Source: Pyrinomonadaceae bacterium
GTDB taxonomy: Bacteria; Acidobacteriota; Blastocatellia; Pyrinomonadales; Pyrinomonadaceae
Assembly: GCA_036387315.1 (NCBI GenBank)
Contig: DASVTY010000012.1
Location: 1,408 to 65,407 of the forward strand
DNA: 64,000 bases
Direction: 5' to 3'
Shown: positions 18,563 to 27,474 of the stretch, one piece after another
How positions within the stretch are numbered: position 1 is the first letter of the stretch
Layout of the letters: the number at the start of each line of letters is the position of its first letter
The notes under the pieces: model-generated
Told to the model about the DNA's origin: nothing
What the model saw: only the letters and a program-made list of their open reading frames with translations
Databases searched by the model: none
Made by a program: the position numbers and the translations under genes

Positions 18563-19231
18563 ATGATTGCCGTTGAATCATTACAGGCGGAAAATCGCGT
18601 CGTCAAATCTGTTTTGCACGCTTTGGCTGAGGAAGGCTTGGTTACAGTCGTCGGCGAGGACGAAGAAGAGATGAGCGAAACGACTCTGCATTTTGAATTG
18701 GTAAATTATTTGTTCAACGCTCTCAAGCTGTTTTTCGCCGAGCGCGAAAACGTTTTCGTCGCTTCCAATCTGCGAATCTCATACGATCCGCAAAATCCGC
18801 TTAAATGGTTTGCGCCGGACGTTTTGGTTGCTTTCGAGACGGCGAACCGAGAGCGTTCGAGCTACGATTTAAAAACCGAAGGGCAAATGCCGCAGGTTGT
18901 CTTTGAAATCTCCAGCTCGCAAACAGCTTATAAAGATATGGGCGAGAAATATAATATTTACGCCCGGCTCGGAGTCGAAGAATATTATTTGCTCGACCCG
19001 GAGCGCAATCTGCTTCCCGACACGCTGATGGCTTATCAACGCAAAGGCGGTAAATTGCTGCCGGTGGAAATTCAAAACGGGCGCGTTTTCAGCCCGCAAC
19101 TCGGTTTGGAAATTGTGGACACCGGCGCTCAATTTCGACTTTTCGATTCAAAAAACAATGATTTCTTGCGCTCGCCAGAGGAAACAGCCGCCAGGCTTGC
19201 CGAGCTTGAAGCCTTACTCAAACAAAAATAA
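18563..19231 (+). CDS. Uma2-family (DUF820) putative restriction-type endonuclease
   Basis: ..H..L...L...L...F.......V.SN..I.Y.........APDV.V......R..Y......G..P..V.EI.S.....D...K...YA..GV.EY...DP. ATG at 18563 with a gggag SD is preferred over the TTG at 18509. Confidence 0.75.
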   Translation: MIAVESLQAENRVVKSVLHALAEEGLVTVVGEDEEEMSETTLHFELVNYLFNALKLFFAERENVFVASNLRISYDPQNPLKWFAPDVLVAFETANRERSSYDLKTEGQMPQVVFEISSSQTAYKDMGEKYNIYARLGVEEYYLLDPERNLLPDTLMAYQRKGGKLLPVEIQNGRVFSPQLGLEIVDTGAQFRLFDSKNNDFLRSPEETAARLAELEALLKQK

Positions 19232-19234
19232 TCA

Positions 19235-20014
19235 ATGGAAAACAGGCTCAAAACAGAAATCGCCGCGTTTGACGGAATTTGGCAGGGCGGTTATTACGAA
19301 GGCGACCCGCTCGAACCCGTCGCGCGCTCAAATTACGGGCAAATAGGTTATATGAGCATATTGCACGCGACTTATCTGCGCTGCATCAAGCCTTACGTCA
19401 AACCGGAAACCGTCGCACTCGAAATCGGCGCTGGGCGCGGAGCCTGGACTCGGTGTTTGCTGCCCGCAAAAGAAGTTTGGTGTTTGGACGCTTTGCCCGC
19501 CGAATACAATCGTTTTTGGGAATACATCGGCGACGCCGGAAACGCGCGTTATATTCAGGTCGAAGATTTCGAGTGCCGCGATTTGCCCGACAATCATTTC
19601 GATTATTTGTTTTCGTTCGGCTGTTTTTGTCATATTTCTTTTTACGGAATCGAAGAATACGCGAAAAATCTGTTTCCGAAATTAAAACCGGGCGCGAATT
19701 GTTTTTGGCTTGTCGCCGATTACGAGAAATATAATCGAGTGGTCAACAATCTGCCGCGCCACAGCATTTGGGCTGCCGCCGCGCCGACCGGCAGGCGTTA
19801 CGCGCCGTTTCGGAAATTGCTCGATTGGCTCAAGCAAGTTGATAAACCCGAACCGCTTGCGCCTGATATTGATGACGAACCGCGTTCGGGCAGATGGTAC
19901 AATGCCGGAACAAAGAGAACTTGTGAGATGCTCGAAAAACACGGCTACGAGATTGTTGACGAGGACGTGGGAACAATCGTGCGCGATCCGGTGATTCACT
20001 TTAGAAAGCCGTAA
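19235..20014 (+). CDS. Class I SAM-dependent methyltransferase
   Basis: Motif I ALEIGAGRGAWT and downstream FDYLFSFGCFCHI. Starts 4 nt after the Uma2 stop. Confidence 0.7.
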   Translation: MENRLKTEIAAFDGIWQGGYYEGDPLEPVARSNYGQIGYMSILHATYLRCIKPYVKPETVALEIGAGRGAWTRCLLPAKEVWCLDALPAEYNRFWEYIGDAGNARYIQVEDFECRDLPDNHFDYLFSFGCFCHISFYGIEEYAKNLFPKLKPGANCFWLVADYEKYNRVVNNLPRHSIWAAAAPTGRRYAPFRKLLDWLKQVDKPEPLAPDIDDEPRSGRWYNAGTKRTCEMLEKHGYEIVDEDVGTIVRDPVIHFRKP

Positions 20015-20035
20015 ATCTCACAAGAAATTTTGAAT

Positions 20036-20728
20036 ATGGGCAAGGAAAACGATTTGGAAAACGGCGATTTTCCGCTGGTTGACCGCGTAAAGTATCTGAA
20101 AGATGCGGTTCGCGGCAAAAAAGTGCTGCATCTTGGCTGCACCGATTATCCTTTTACAGAAAAAGTGATTGCCAACGAAATGCTTCTTCATTTCGAACTG
20201 GGGAAAATTGCAGGCGAGCTTTACGGGTTTGATTTCGATGAGCGCGGAATCGAGATTTTAAAAAATCACGGAACAAAAAATCTGTATCGCGCCGATCTGG
20301 AAAATTTGCGGGATGTTCCTTTGAACGAAACTTTCGATGTGATTATCGCGGGCGAAATGATCGAGCATTTATCAAATCCGGGATTGTTTTTGCGCGGCAT
20401 TCAGCGATTTATGAATCCGCAGACGAATCTCATCATTACCACCATCAACGCTTACTGCGGAATGCGAATGTTCACTTACGGTCTGCGCGGCAAAGGCGGA
20501 GCGCATGAGCCGGTTCACCCGGATCACGTCGCTTATTATTCGTTTTCGACTCTCAGAGTTTTGGTCGAGCGCCACGATTTGAAAGTCAAAAAATTCGCTT
20601 TTTACAACACCGGCGAGGAACATCGAAAGCTCGCGCCCTGGAAACAAAAGATCGCCAACGACATCAGCGTTCGCATCGCCCGCCAATGGGCTGACGGCAT
20701 TATCGCCGAGTGCGGTTTAAAAGGATGA
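20036..20728 (+). CDS. Class I SAM-dependent methyltransferase
   Basis: VLHLGCTDYP, ..FDVIIAGEMIEHLSNP. ATG at 20036 preferred over the TTG at 20030. Confidence 0.75.
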   Translation: MGKENDLENGDFPLVDRVKYLKDAVRGKKVLHLGCTDYPFTEKVIANEMLLHFELGKIAGELYGFDFDERGIEILKNHGTKNLYRADLENLRDVPLNETFDVIIAGEMIEHLSNPGLFLRGIQRFMNPQTNLIITTINAYCGMRMFTYGLRGKGGAHEPVHPDHVAYYSFSTLRVLVERHDLKVKKFAFYNTGEEHRKLAPWKQKIANDISVRIARQWADGIIAECGLKG

Positions 20729-22239
20729 ACAACAGCATTCCGCGCGGCGTCATTTTCGGTTTTCTGTCGTGGCTGCTGCCATGCGCGCTGACGTTTGTTG
20801 CGACGCCGATTGTCGTGAAGCATCTCGGCACGGCGGATTACGGAATTTATGTTCTGGTGCTGGGCGTCATCAGTTATACGTTCGCCTTTAATATCGGTCG
20901 CGCGATTATCAAATACGTCGCCGAATTTCATGCGACCAATCGTGACGACCGAATCAACGAAGTTTTATCGGCGACTCTGATTTTAAATTTATTGGTCGGC
21001 TCAATCGGCGCGGGGATTTTGCTGCTGCTGACAAACGATTTGGTGACCGGCATTTTACAAATCGAACCCGGTTTGCAGTCCAAAGCCGTTCCGTCATTGC
21101 AGCTCGGCGCTTTGACGCTCGCGTTGTGGATGATCGGGCAGATTTTCAGCTCGGTTTTACAGGCGCTCGGACGATTCGATTTGTTTTCGCAAATCACTTT
21201 TGCGATCAGCGGTCTGCAAACTCTCGGCAACGTCGCTCTGGCTTGGGCGGATTACAGCGTCGTCGTGCTGCTCTGGTGGAATTTGCTGACGATTGTTTTG
21301 AGCGGAATCGCTTTTTATTTTGCCGCGCGGCGTCTTTTACCCGGATTTCGCTTAGCTGTTGTTCCAAGCCGGGAAATTTTTCTGCTCGTTTGCAGATTTA
21401 GTTCCGGCGTCGTCGCATATCAAATAATCGGAAATATTCTGCTGATTTTCGAGCGCGCCTGGGTTACGCGCCAACTCGGAGCCGAGAGCTTGACGTTTTA
21501 CGTCGTGCCGATGATGCTGGCTTTTTACATTCATCATTTTGTCGCTAGTTTGACGCTGGTTCTTTTTCCTTTGACCAGCGAAGTCGCGGCGCAAGCCGAC
21601 AAAACGCGCCTTCTGACAATTTACGAGCGAACGACGAAATACATTTGTCTGCTGGTGGCGTTTGTCGCGGTCACGGCGATGACCGCGAGCAGAGAGTTTC
21701 TGAGTTTATGGCTCGGCGCCGAGTTTGCCGAGCGCTCGACCTGGATTTTTGTTTTTCATATTTTTACTTACAGCTTGATTGCCGTCGGAATTATCACCTG
21801 GCAAATGGCAGACGGTCTGGGTGTTCCGAAGCGAAACGTTTTTCTCTCGCTGTCGTGGATTTTAACCGCCGTTCCGCTGATGATTTGGCTCGAACCGCAA
21901 TTCGGCGCGATTGGCGTTGCCGCCGCTCGTTCGATCAGCGTTTTGAGCATTCCGGTTTCGATTTTTCTGATTGAAAAATATGCATTCGGCAGAAGCTTAA
22001 AGCGGTTTTGGGGCGAGAGCTTGTTGAAATTGTCAGCCGCCGGCGCGGTCTGCGCGGCAATCGAATATTTTGCTTTGATGAATTTGGCGCGCGGTTGGAG
22101 CGGTTTGATTTTGTCGGTTTTTATCGGTGCGATTGCTTTTTTCGCAGTCATTTTAGCAACCAGATATTTGACGGGCGAAGAAAGGCGCTGGTTTGAAAGT
22201 TTTATGAAACGAGCTGTTGCCGCTCGCGCGCGGGCGTAA
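20725..22239 (+). CDS. Wzx-type flippase (MOP/polysaccharide biosynthesis protein family)
   Basis: About 12-14 hydrophobic helices and a typical Polysacc_synt N-terminus. ATG at 20725 overlaps the previous stop (ATGA). Confidence 0.8.
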   Translation: MNNSIPRGVIFGFLSWLLPCALTFVATPIVVKHLGTADYGIYVLVLGVISYTFAFNIGRAIIKYVAEFHATNRDDRINEVLSATLILNLLVGSIGAGILLLLTNDLVTGILQIEPGLQSKAVPSLQLGALTLALWMIGQIFSSVLQALGRFDLFSQITFAISGLQTLGNVALAWADYSVVVLLWWNLLTIVLSGIAFYFAARRLLPGFRLAVVPSREIFLLVCRFSSGVVAYQIIGNILLIFERAWVTRQLGAESLTFYVVPMMLAFYIHHFVASLTLVLFPLTSEVAAQADKTRLLTIYERTTKYICLLVAFVAVTAMTASREFLSLWLGAEFAERSTWIFVFHIFTYSLIAVGIITWQMADGLGVPKRNVFLSLSWILTAVPLMIWLEPQFGAIGVAAARSISVLSIPVSIFLIEKYAFGRSLKRFWGESLLKLSAAGAVCAAIEYFALMNLARGWSGLILSVFIGAIAFFAVILATRYLTGEERRWFESFMKRAVAARARA

Positions 22240-22280
22240 ATTTTTATTGAAATTCAAAACAGGCTCAGAATCAAACAGGA

Positions 22281-22373
22281 CAAACTGTCAACTATCAACT
22301 ATAAACTGTCCGGCAAAGAGACAAAGGTTTTATGCGAGACAGTTTATAGTTGAAAGTTGACAGTTTATAGTTG
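22281..22373. repeat. Long (about 29-bp, 1 mismatch) inverted repeat built from repeated short words, about 27-nt loop
   Basis: aaactgtcaactatcaactataaactgtc (22282-22310) versus gacagtttatagttgaaagttgacagttt (22338-22366). The right arm carries a direct duplicate of gacagtttatagttg, extending to 22373. Confidence 0.85.
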
Positions 22374-22421
22374 CGGCAAATTCTTTTTGTGAATGTCCGG
22401 TTTTTAATTTAACGAAATCTC

Positions 22422-23990
22422 ATGAAATCCGGCTTCGACCAAAAAACCGCGTTTTGGCGCGATAAAATCGAAACGCGAGACCTGATATTTTTTATTATCG
22501 GCTGCGTTTTTATTTATCTGCATCTTTTCGCGCTCCCTGCGACGCCGATTTTTTACGAAGAAGACCATCTTTATTTTGTCCACGACGCCTGGCGAATGTA
22601 CGAAGGCGAAGCGATTTATAGAGATTTTTTTCAGTTGATGTTTCCCGGCGGGCAGGTTTTATATCTGCTCCTGTTTTACATTTTCGGCACGAAGTTTTGG
22701 CTCATCAACGCGGTGATTTTTCTTCAAGCCTCCGCCCACGTTTTGCTCGCTCTGGCAATTTCAAAACGTATTTTCGGCTCAAGCTGGTACGCATATTTGC
22801 CGCCGAGCCTGTATTTGTTTTTCGGATTCCGGTGGTTCGGAATTGACGGAACGCACCGTGTTTTAAGCCCGATTTTTATTTATCTGGCGATTTTTATCCT
22901 GCTCAAAAACAGAAACCTTAAAAGGCTTATTGTCGCTGGCGCATTGTGTGGCTTTGCCAGTTTTATCACTCAGCAGCGGGGCGTTCTGGCAGTCGGCGCA
23001 ATCGCGGTTTTTCTGCTTTATGAAGCCTTTAAAAACAGAAAACTTGGGAAAGACTTTCTTGTCGCCGAACTCGTTTTGCTGGTTTCATTCGGTTTAACTC
23101 TGACAATTTTAATTTTGCCTTTTATCATTTCTGCCGGACCGCAAACTTTTTTTGACTACACTTTTTTCTTTATCAGAAATTACGTTCAGGATTCGACCGG
23201 AAATTATCTTTCTTATTTCAACAACGTCAGGAAAATCTTCGAGCAGGGATTTTTATTTTCCGCCGTCACGATCTTTTACTGCGCTCTGATTCCGCTCGTT
23301 TATCTGATTTCATTTTTTTATCTGTGGCGGAAGAAGGACAATTCGGACATAAAAGCCAAAAGCGAGATTTTTTTGATTTCGCTCGTCGGATTGTTCCTGA
23401 CTTTGGGAACGTTTGCGCCGAATCCGTACAGATTTTTCCAAATCGCAATTCCGGCTTTGATCGTTTTGGTCTGGCTGATTTCTCAGCTTAAAATAAAATC
23501 CGAATCGGTAATTCGCGCTGCCGTCGCGGGGCTAATAATTTTGGGAATGGCACTGGCGTTTCGGCTGCAAACAAATTGGGAAAAAAATATTTTGGCGGCG
23601 CGCACCGGAAACATCGCGTTTCTTTCGCCGGTCGTTCTTGAGCGTTACAAATGGTTGTCGGAAAACACAGTAGAAAACGAATATGTTTTTGAAGTTTATC
23701 AATGCGCGGTTAATTTTGTTTTGCAATTAAGAAACCCGACACAAGTGACTTTTTTGTTAAATACGGGCTACACTCCCGTTTGGCAGGTAACACAATCAAT
23801 AGAAAATTTGGAGCGGAAAAAACCGAGATTCATTATCTGGGACGGAGCTTGGACGAGGGAATTGGAGACAATCGAAGAAGGCGAGCATTTGGGACCGCTT
23901 TATGATTATTTGCGGCAGAATTACGAGCTAAAAAAAGAGTTTACGCCTTACAACAATCGTGAAATGCAATTATGGGAAAGAAAACAATAA
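22422..23990 (+). CDS. Polytopic membrane protein, GT-C-like (ArnT/PMT-type) glycosyltransferase candidate
   Basis: 522 aa with more than 10 predicted TM helices. Acidic first loop (..YEEDHLYF..) and a soluble C-terminal domain. Family assignment is tentative. Confidence 0.45.
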   Translation: MKSGFDQKTAFWRDKIETRDLIFFIIGCVFIYLHLFALPATPIFYEEDHLYFVHDAWRMYEGEAIYRDFFQLMFPGGQVLYLLLFYIFGTKFWLINAVIFLQASAHVLLALAISKRIFGSSWYAYLPPSLYLFFGFRWFGIDGTHRVLSPIFIYLAIFILLKNRNLKRLIVAGALCGFASFITQQRGVLAVGAIAVFLLYEAFKNRKLGKDFLVAELVLLVSFGLTLTILILPFIISAGPQTFFDYTFFFIRNYVQDSTGNYLSYFNNVRKIFEQGFLFSAVTIFYCALIPLVYLISFFYLWRKKDNSDIKAKSEIFLISLVGLFLTLGTFAPNPYRFFQIAIPALIVLVWLISQLKIKSESVIRAAVAGLIILGMALAFRLQTNWEKNILAARTGNIAFLSPVVLERYKWLSENTVENEYVFEVYQCAVNFVLQLRNPTQVTFLLNTGYTPVWQVTQSIENLERKKPRFIIWDGAWTRELETIEEGEHLGPLYDYLRQNYELKKEFTPYNNREMQLWERKQ

Positions 23991-25198
23991 GCGAGCTGGG
24001 AATAGTCGAAGAAAAATTGGCGGCTTCTCAAAACGGAAAATCGGAGATTGAATTGTCGGTCGTAATGCCCTGTCTGAACGAAGCCGACACGCTGGAGGTT
24101 TGTCTGCAGAAAGCCGGTCGCGCGATGCGGGAACATGACATAAAAGGCGAAATCATTGTCGCCGATAACGGCAGCACCGACGGTTCAATCGAAATTGCCC
24201 AGCGAAACGGCGCGCGCGTCGTTCACGTCAAAGAAAAAGGCTACGGCAGTGCTTTGATGGGCGGAATCGAAGCCGCGCGCGGCAGATTCGTGATTATGGG
24301 CGATGCCGATGACAGCTACGATTTTCTCGAAATTCCGAAATTTGTCGAAAAGCTGCGCGAAAATTACGACCTCGTTCAGGGATGCCGCTTGCCTGGCGGC
24401 GGCGGACAGGTTTTGCCCGGAGCGATGCCTTTTCTGCACCGCTGGTGGGGAAATCCGATGTTTTCCAAAATGGTGCGGCTCTGGTTTAACGCGCCGATTA
24501 ACGACACTTACTGCGGACTTCGGGGTTTTACGAAAGCGCATTACAACAGTCTCAATCAACGTTGCACCGGAATGGAGTTTGCGACCGAAATGATTATCAA
24601 ATCGAGCCTGTTCAAGGCGCGAATCGCCGAAGTTCCGATTACTTTGCACCCGGACGGGCGAAAATCGCACCCACCGCATCTGAAAACTTTCCGCGACGGC
24701 TGGCGGACACTGCGCTTTTTTCTGATGTACAGCCCGCGCTGGCTGTTTCTCGTGCCGGGATTTTTGCTGATTCTTCTTGGCGCGGTCGGTTATTTTGTCG
24801 GTTTGACGGGAACTTCGGTCGGGCGTGTGACTTTCGGTTTGCATACGGTTTTGTTCGGCAGTTTGGCGATTTTGTGTGGATATCAATCAATTTTGTTCGC
24901 CATCTTCACCAAAACTTTCGCTATCAGCGAAGGACTGATGCCGGAAGACCCGCGATTAACCAGGTTTTTTGAAATCGCCAATCTTGAACGCGGTTTAATT
25001 CTGGCGGGCGGGGTTTTGTTGATCGGCTTGATTTTGCTGCTGATCGCCGTCAATCAATGGCGTTTAGCCGGTTTCGGCGTTTTGGATTATGCTTATACGA
25101 TGAGTTTCGTCATTCCCGGCTCGACGCTCGTCGCGCTGGGTTTTCAAACGATTCTTTCGGGATTTTTTGTGAGTATTTTGGGAATGAAGCGAAAATGA
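23972..25198 (+). CDS. GT2 polyprenyl-phosphate glycosyltransferase-like (GtrB/ArnC/Dpm1-like) with C-terminal TM helices
   Basis: ..SVVMPCLNE..IIVADNGSTDGS..GYG.A...G......G..IMGDADDSYD. Four hydrophobic C-terminal helices. Confidence 0.75.
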   Translation: MGKKTISELGIVEEKLAASQNGKSEIELSVVMPCLNEADTLEVCLQKAGRAMREHDIKGEIIVADNGSTDGSIEIAQRNGARVVHVKEKGYGSALMGGIEAARGRFVIMGDADDSYDFLEIPKFVEKLRENYDLVQGCRLPGGGGQVLPGAMPFLHRWWGNPMFSKMVRLWFNAPINDTYCGLRGFTKAHYNSLNQRCTGMEFATEMIIKSSLFKARIAEVPITLHPDGRKSHPPHLKTFRDGWRTLRFFLMYSPRWLFLVPGFLLILLGAVGYFVGLTGTSVGRVTFGLHTVLFGSLAILCGYQSILFAIFTKTFAISEGLMPEDPRLTRFFEIANLERGLILAGGVLLIGLILLLIAVNQWRLAGFGVLDYAYTMSFVIPGSTLVALGFQTILSGFFVSILGMKRK

Positions 25199-25890
25199 AA
25201 TTAACAGAATTGCGCGATACCTCAGAACTAACCGGAGAGCAGATTCAGGATTTTTGGGAGGAAGCCTACACCAGATTTGAAACGCCGGAGCAGGAAATCC
25301 GAAAATTTATTGGTCGGCTTAACACTCTCGGACAAGCCGAATGGCGGCGCGACGCGCAGATTGTTGATATTTTTAGCGGGCGTTGTAACGGAATCCGGGC
25401 TTTGGAACAACTCGGATTTACGAATTTGGAAGGCGTGGACATTTCGCCGAACCTGCTTTCGCAATACGACGGGACAGCCAGACTTTACACGGCGGATTGC
25501 CGCGATTTGCCGTTTTCGGACGAAAGCCGCGACATCATCATCGTGCAGGGCGGACTTCACCATTTGCCCGAATTACCGAAGGATTTAGATCGAACTTTAG
25601 GTGAAATTCGCCGCGTTTTGCGCCCCGACGGGCGTTTTGTGATGGTGGAGCCTTGGCAGACGCCTTTTTTGCAATTGATTCATTTTTTGAGCGAGCGGAA
25701 AACGGTTCGCGCCGTTTCAAATAAATTCGACGCTTTTGCTACAATGACGCATTACGAGCGTGACACTTATTTTCGCTGGCTCGGCAAATCCGGTGAAATT
25801 ACGGCTTTATTAAAGCGGCATTTTGACGAATTGTATCTGCGAAAAACGTTTGGAAAATTGTTTTTCGTGGGAAAAAAGCGAACGGTTTAA
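25195..25890 (+). CDS. Class I SAM-dependent methyltransferase
   Basis: Internal ATG at 25195 overlaps the upstream stop (ATGA). ..VDIFSGRCNG..VDIS..DIIIVQGGLHHL..LRPDGRFV. Confidence 0.75.
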   Translation: MKLTELRDTSELTGEQIQDFWEEAYTRFETPEQEIRKFIGRLNTLGQAEWRRDAQIVDIFSGRCNGIRALEQLGFTNLEGVDISPNLLSQYDGTARLYTADCRDLPFSDESRDIIIVQGGLHHLPELPKDLDRTLGEIRRVLRPDGRFVMVEPWQTPFLQLIHFLSERKTVRAVSNKFDAFATMTHYERDTYFRWLGKSGEITALLKRHFDELYLRKTFGKLFFVGKKRTV

Positions 25891-25938
25891 GCTACCGAGC
25901 TTGGTTTTCCGAATTAGAAAATCAAGTTTTGAAACATA

Positions 25939-27465
25939 ATGATTGAGACAACAAAAATAAACTTCTCGAAAGGGAAAATCGATTCGCGGTTCGCCTTTTT
26001 ATCGGCGGCGTTGATTTTGATGATCGGCGTTCCGGCGGCAGCCGTTTTGTGGTTTTTTTCGGACGAGGATTTTTGGCGCGGCGCATCGAATATGTATTTG
26101 CTGCCGTGGATTGCCGCAACCGCGCTTGTCGTGCTGTCTCCGACGGCTTATTTGCTTTATTACAAAAAATTCGACCTTTTCCATCCGCTCGTCCACGCGG
26201 CTTGGGCTTACTGGTTTCCGGCGTTTGTGATCGGCGGTTTGGTGATCGCTTCCGGGTTTCTTTACCCGTATCAAATGCTGTTGATAGCCGACCCGGAAAC
26301 CGATTTTAAGTGGACGTATATTTACATAATCCTCGGCTTTCTCGGATTGATTGCAGGATACTCGCTTCCGTTCGGAAAACGCTGGGGCGCTTACTTCAGC
26401 CATAAATTGCCCGCCTGGGATTGGCAACCCCGACAGGTTTTGCTGCCGGCGGTTGTTTTTCTCGGAATCGGGTTGTTTTTCTACGTCAGCGCGTTTCTTT
26501 CTGGCGTCGTCGGTTTTAGTACGATTGACGTTGCCGACGCTTTCGCTTCGTTAAATTTTATGCTCTCGCTGCTCTCGCTCGAAGCGGGATTTCTGGTGGC
26601 GATGTATGTTTTTAAATCCAAAAGAATTACGCCGCTGCATCTGCTCGCGTTTCTCGTCATCCTCATTATCGTCGTTTCCCGTTTGAGTCTCGGCGGCAAT
26701 CGGGGAACTTTGCTGATGATCGTTTGTTTGCTGGCAATGGCTTTTGTTTATTCGGGCAGAAAAATAAAGCTAATGCACGGGGCATTCTTTGGTGTGGTTG
26801 CAATTTTAGCCGTGCTCGGCGGAATGATTTACGGCACGACGTTTCGCAATCTGAAAGGAGCCGAAGAGCGCACCGGAATAGACGAGCAGCTTAAAATCGT
26901 CGAGCAAACATACGACGCGCTGACAACGCAAAAATCAGGCAAGGTTTTGGACGAAGCGTTTTACAATCTCGGCGAGAGAATTGACGGCGTTAGCTCGGTC
27001 GCCGTTGTTGTTTCAAATTATGAAAGACTAAAGCCGTTTGAAAGCGCGCACGGAATTGAAAACAACATCATCACCGAATTATGGACGATGTTTATTCCGC
27101 GTTTTCTGTGGACAAACAAGCCTTTGATTTATGACGCGCGCGCGTACAGCGATTTATATTTTAATTTCAGCGGAAACTCTTACGCGATGACACCGATTTC
27201 CGATTTGCTCAGAAATTTCGGACCCGTCGGAGTTCCGCTCGGATTGATGATCGTCGGTTTTTATCTGCGGTTTGTTTATGCGCTCTTGATCGAAGATCAA
27301 ACGGTCACCATCGGTCGCGCGACCGCTTATTATATGTTCGTCGGCGGTCTTAACTACGAAGGTTATTACACGATGGTTATCCTCTACGGCTGGCGCATTT
27401 TGTTGATTGTTTCCATCACTTTCATCATCACGGATTTCTTTTTAATCCGCAAAAAAAGCTTATAA
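25939..27465 (+). CDS. Polytopic membrane protein, candidate Wzy-type repeat-unit polymerase
   Basis: 508 aa with about 12 hydrophobic segments and a central soluble loop. The locus otherwise lacks a polymerase. The call rests on context more than on motifs. Confidence 0.5.
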   Translation: MIETTKINFSKGKIDSRFAFLSAALILMIGVPAAAVLWFFSDEDFWRGASNMYLLPWIAATALVVLSPTAYLLYYKKFDLFHPLVHAAWAYWFPAFVIGGLVIASGFLYPYQMLLIADPETDFKWTYIYIILGFLGLIAGYSLPFGKRWGAYFSHKLPAWDWQPRQVLLPAVVFLGIGLFFYVSAFLSGVVGFSTIDVADAFASLNFMLSLLSLEAGFLVAMYVFKSKRITPLHLLAFLVILIIVVSRLSLGGNRGTLLMIVCLLAMAFVYSGRKIKLMHGAFFGVVAILAVLGGMIYGTTFRNLKGAEERTGIDEQLKIVEQTYDALTTQKSGKVLDEAFYNLGERIDGVSSVAVVVSNYERLKPFESAHGIENNIITELWTMFIPRFLWTNKPLIYDARAYSDLYFNFSGNSYAMTPISDLLRNFGPVGVPLGLMIVGFYLRFVYALLIEDQTVTIGRATAYYMFVGGLNYEGYYTMVILYGWRILLIVSITFIITDFFLIRKKSL

Positions 27466-27474
27466 TTTGCCGAA

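Noticed and set aside
24185-24886. 233-aa minus-strand ORF inside the GT2 gene, plus similar long antisense ORFs (for example 45314..45982, 60326..60826, 62661..63271)
   Set aside because: All lie opposite strongly supported CDSs and have Arg/Ser/Pro-biased composition typical of antisense frames. No domain motifs.
25057-25194. N-terminal extensions offered by the ORF track (also 28395-28526, 43284-43424, 47112-47186, 48986-49138, 57859-57912)
   Set aside because: The extensions overlap the preceding gene and lack similarity to the family. Internal starts give canonical N-termini and often ATGA-type coupling.
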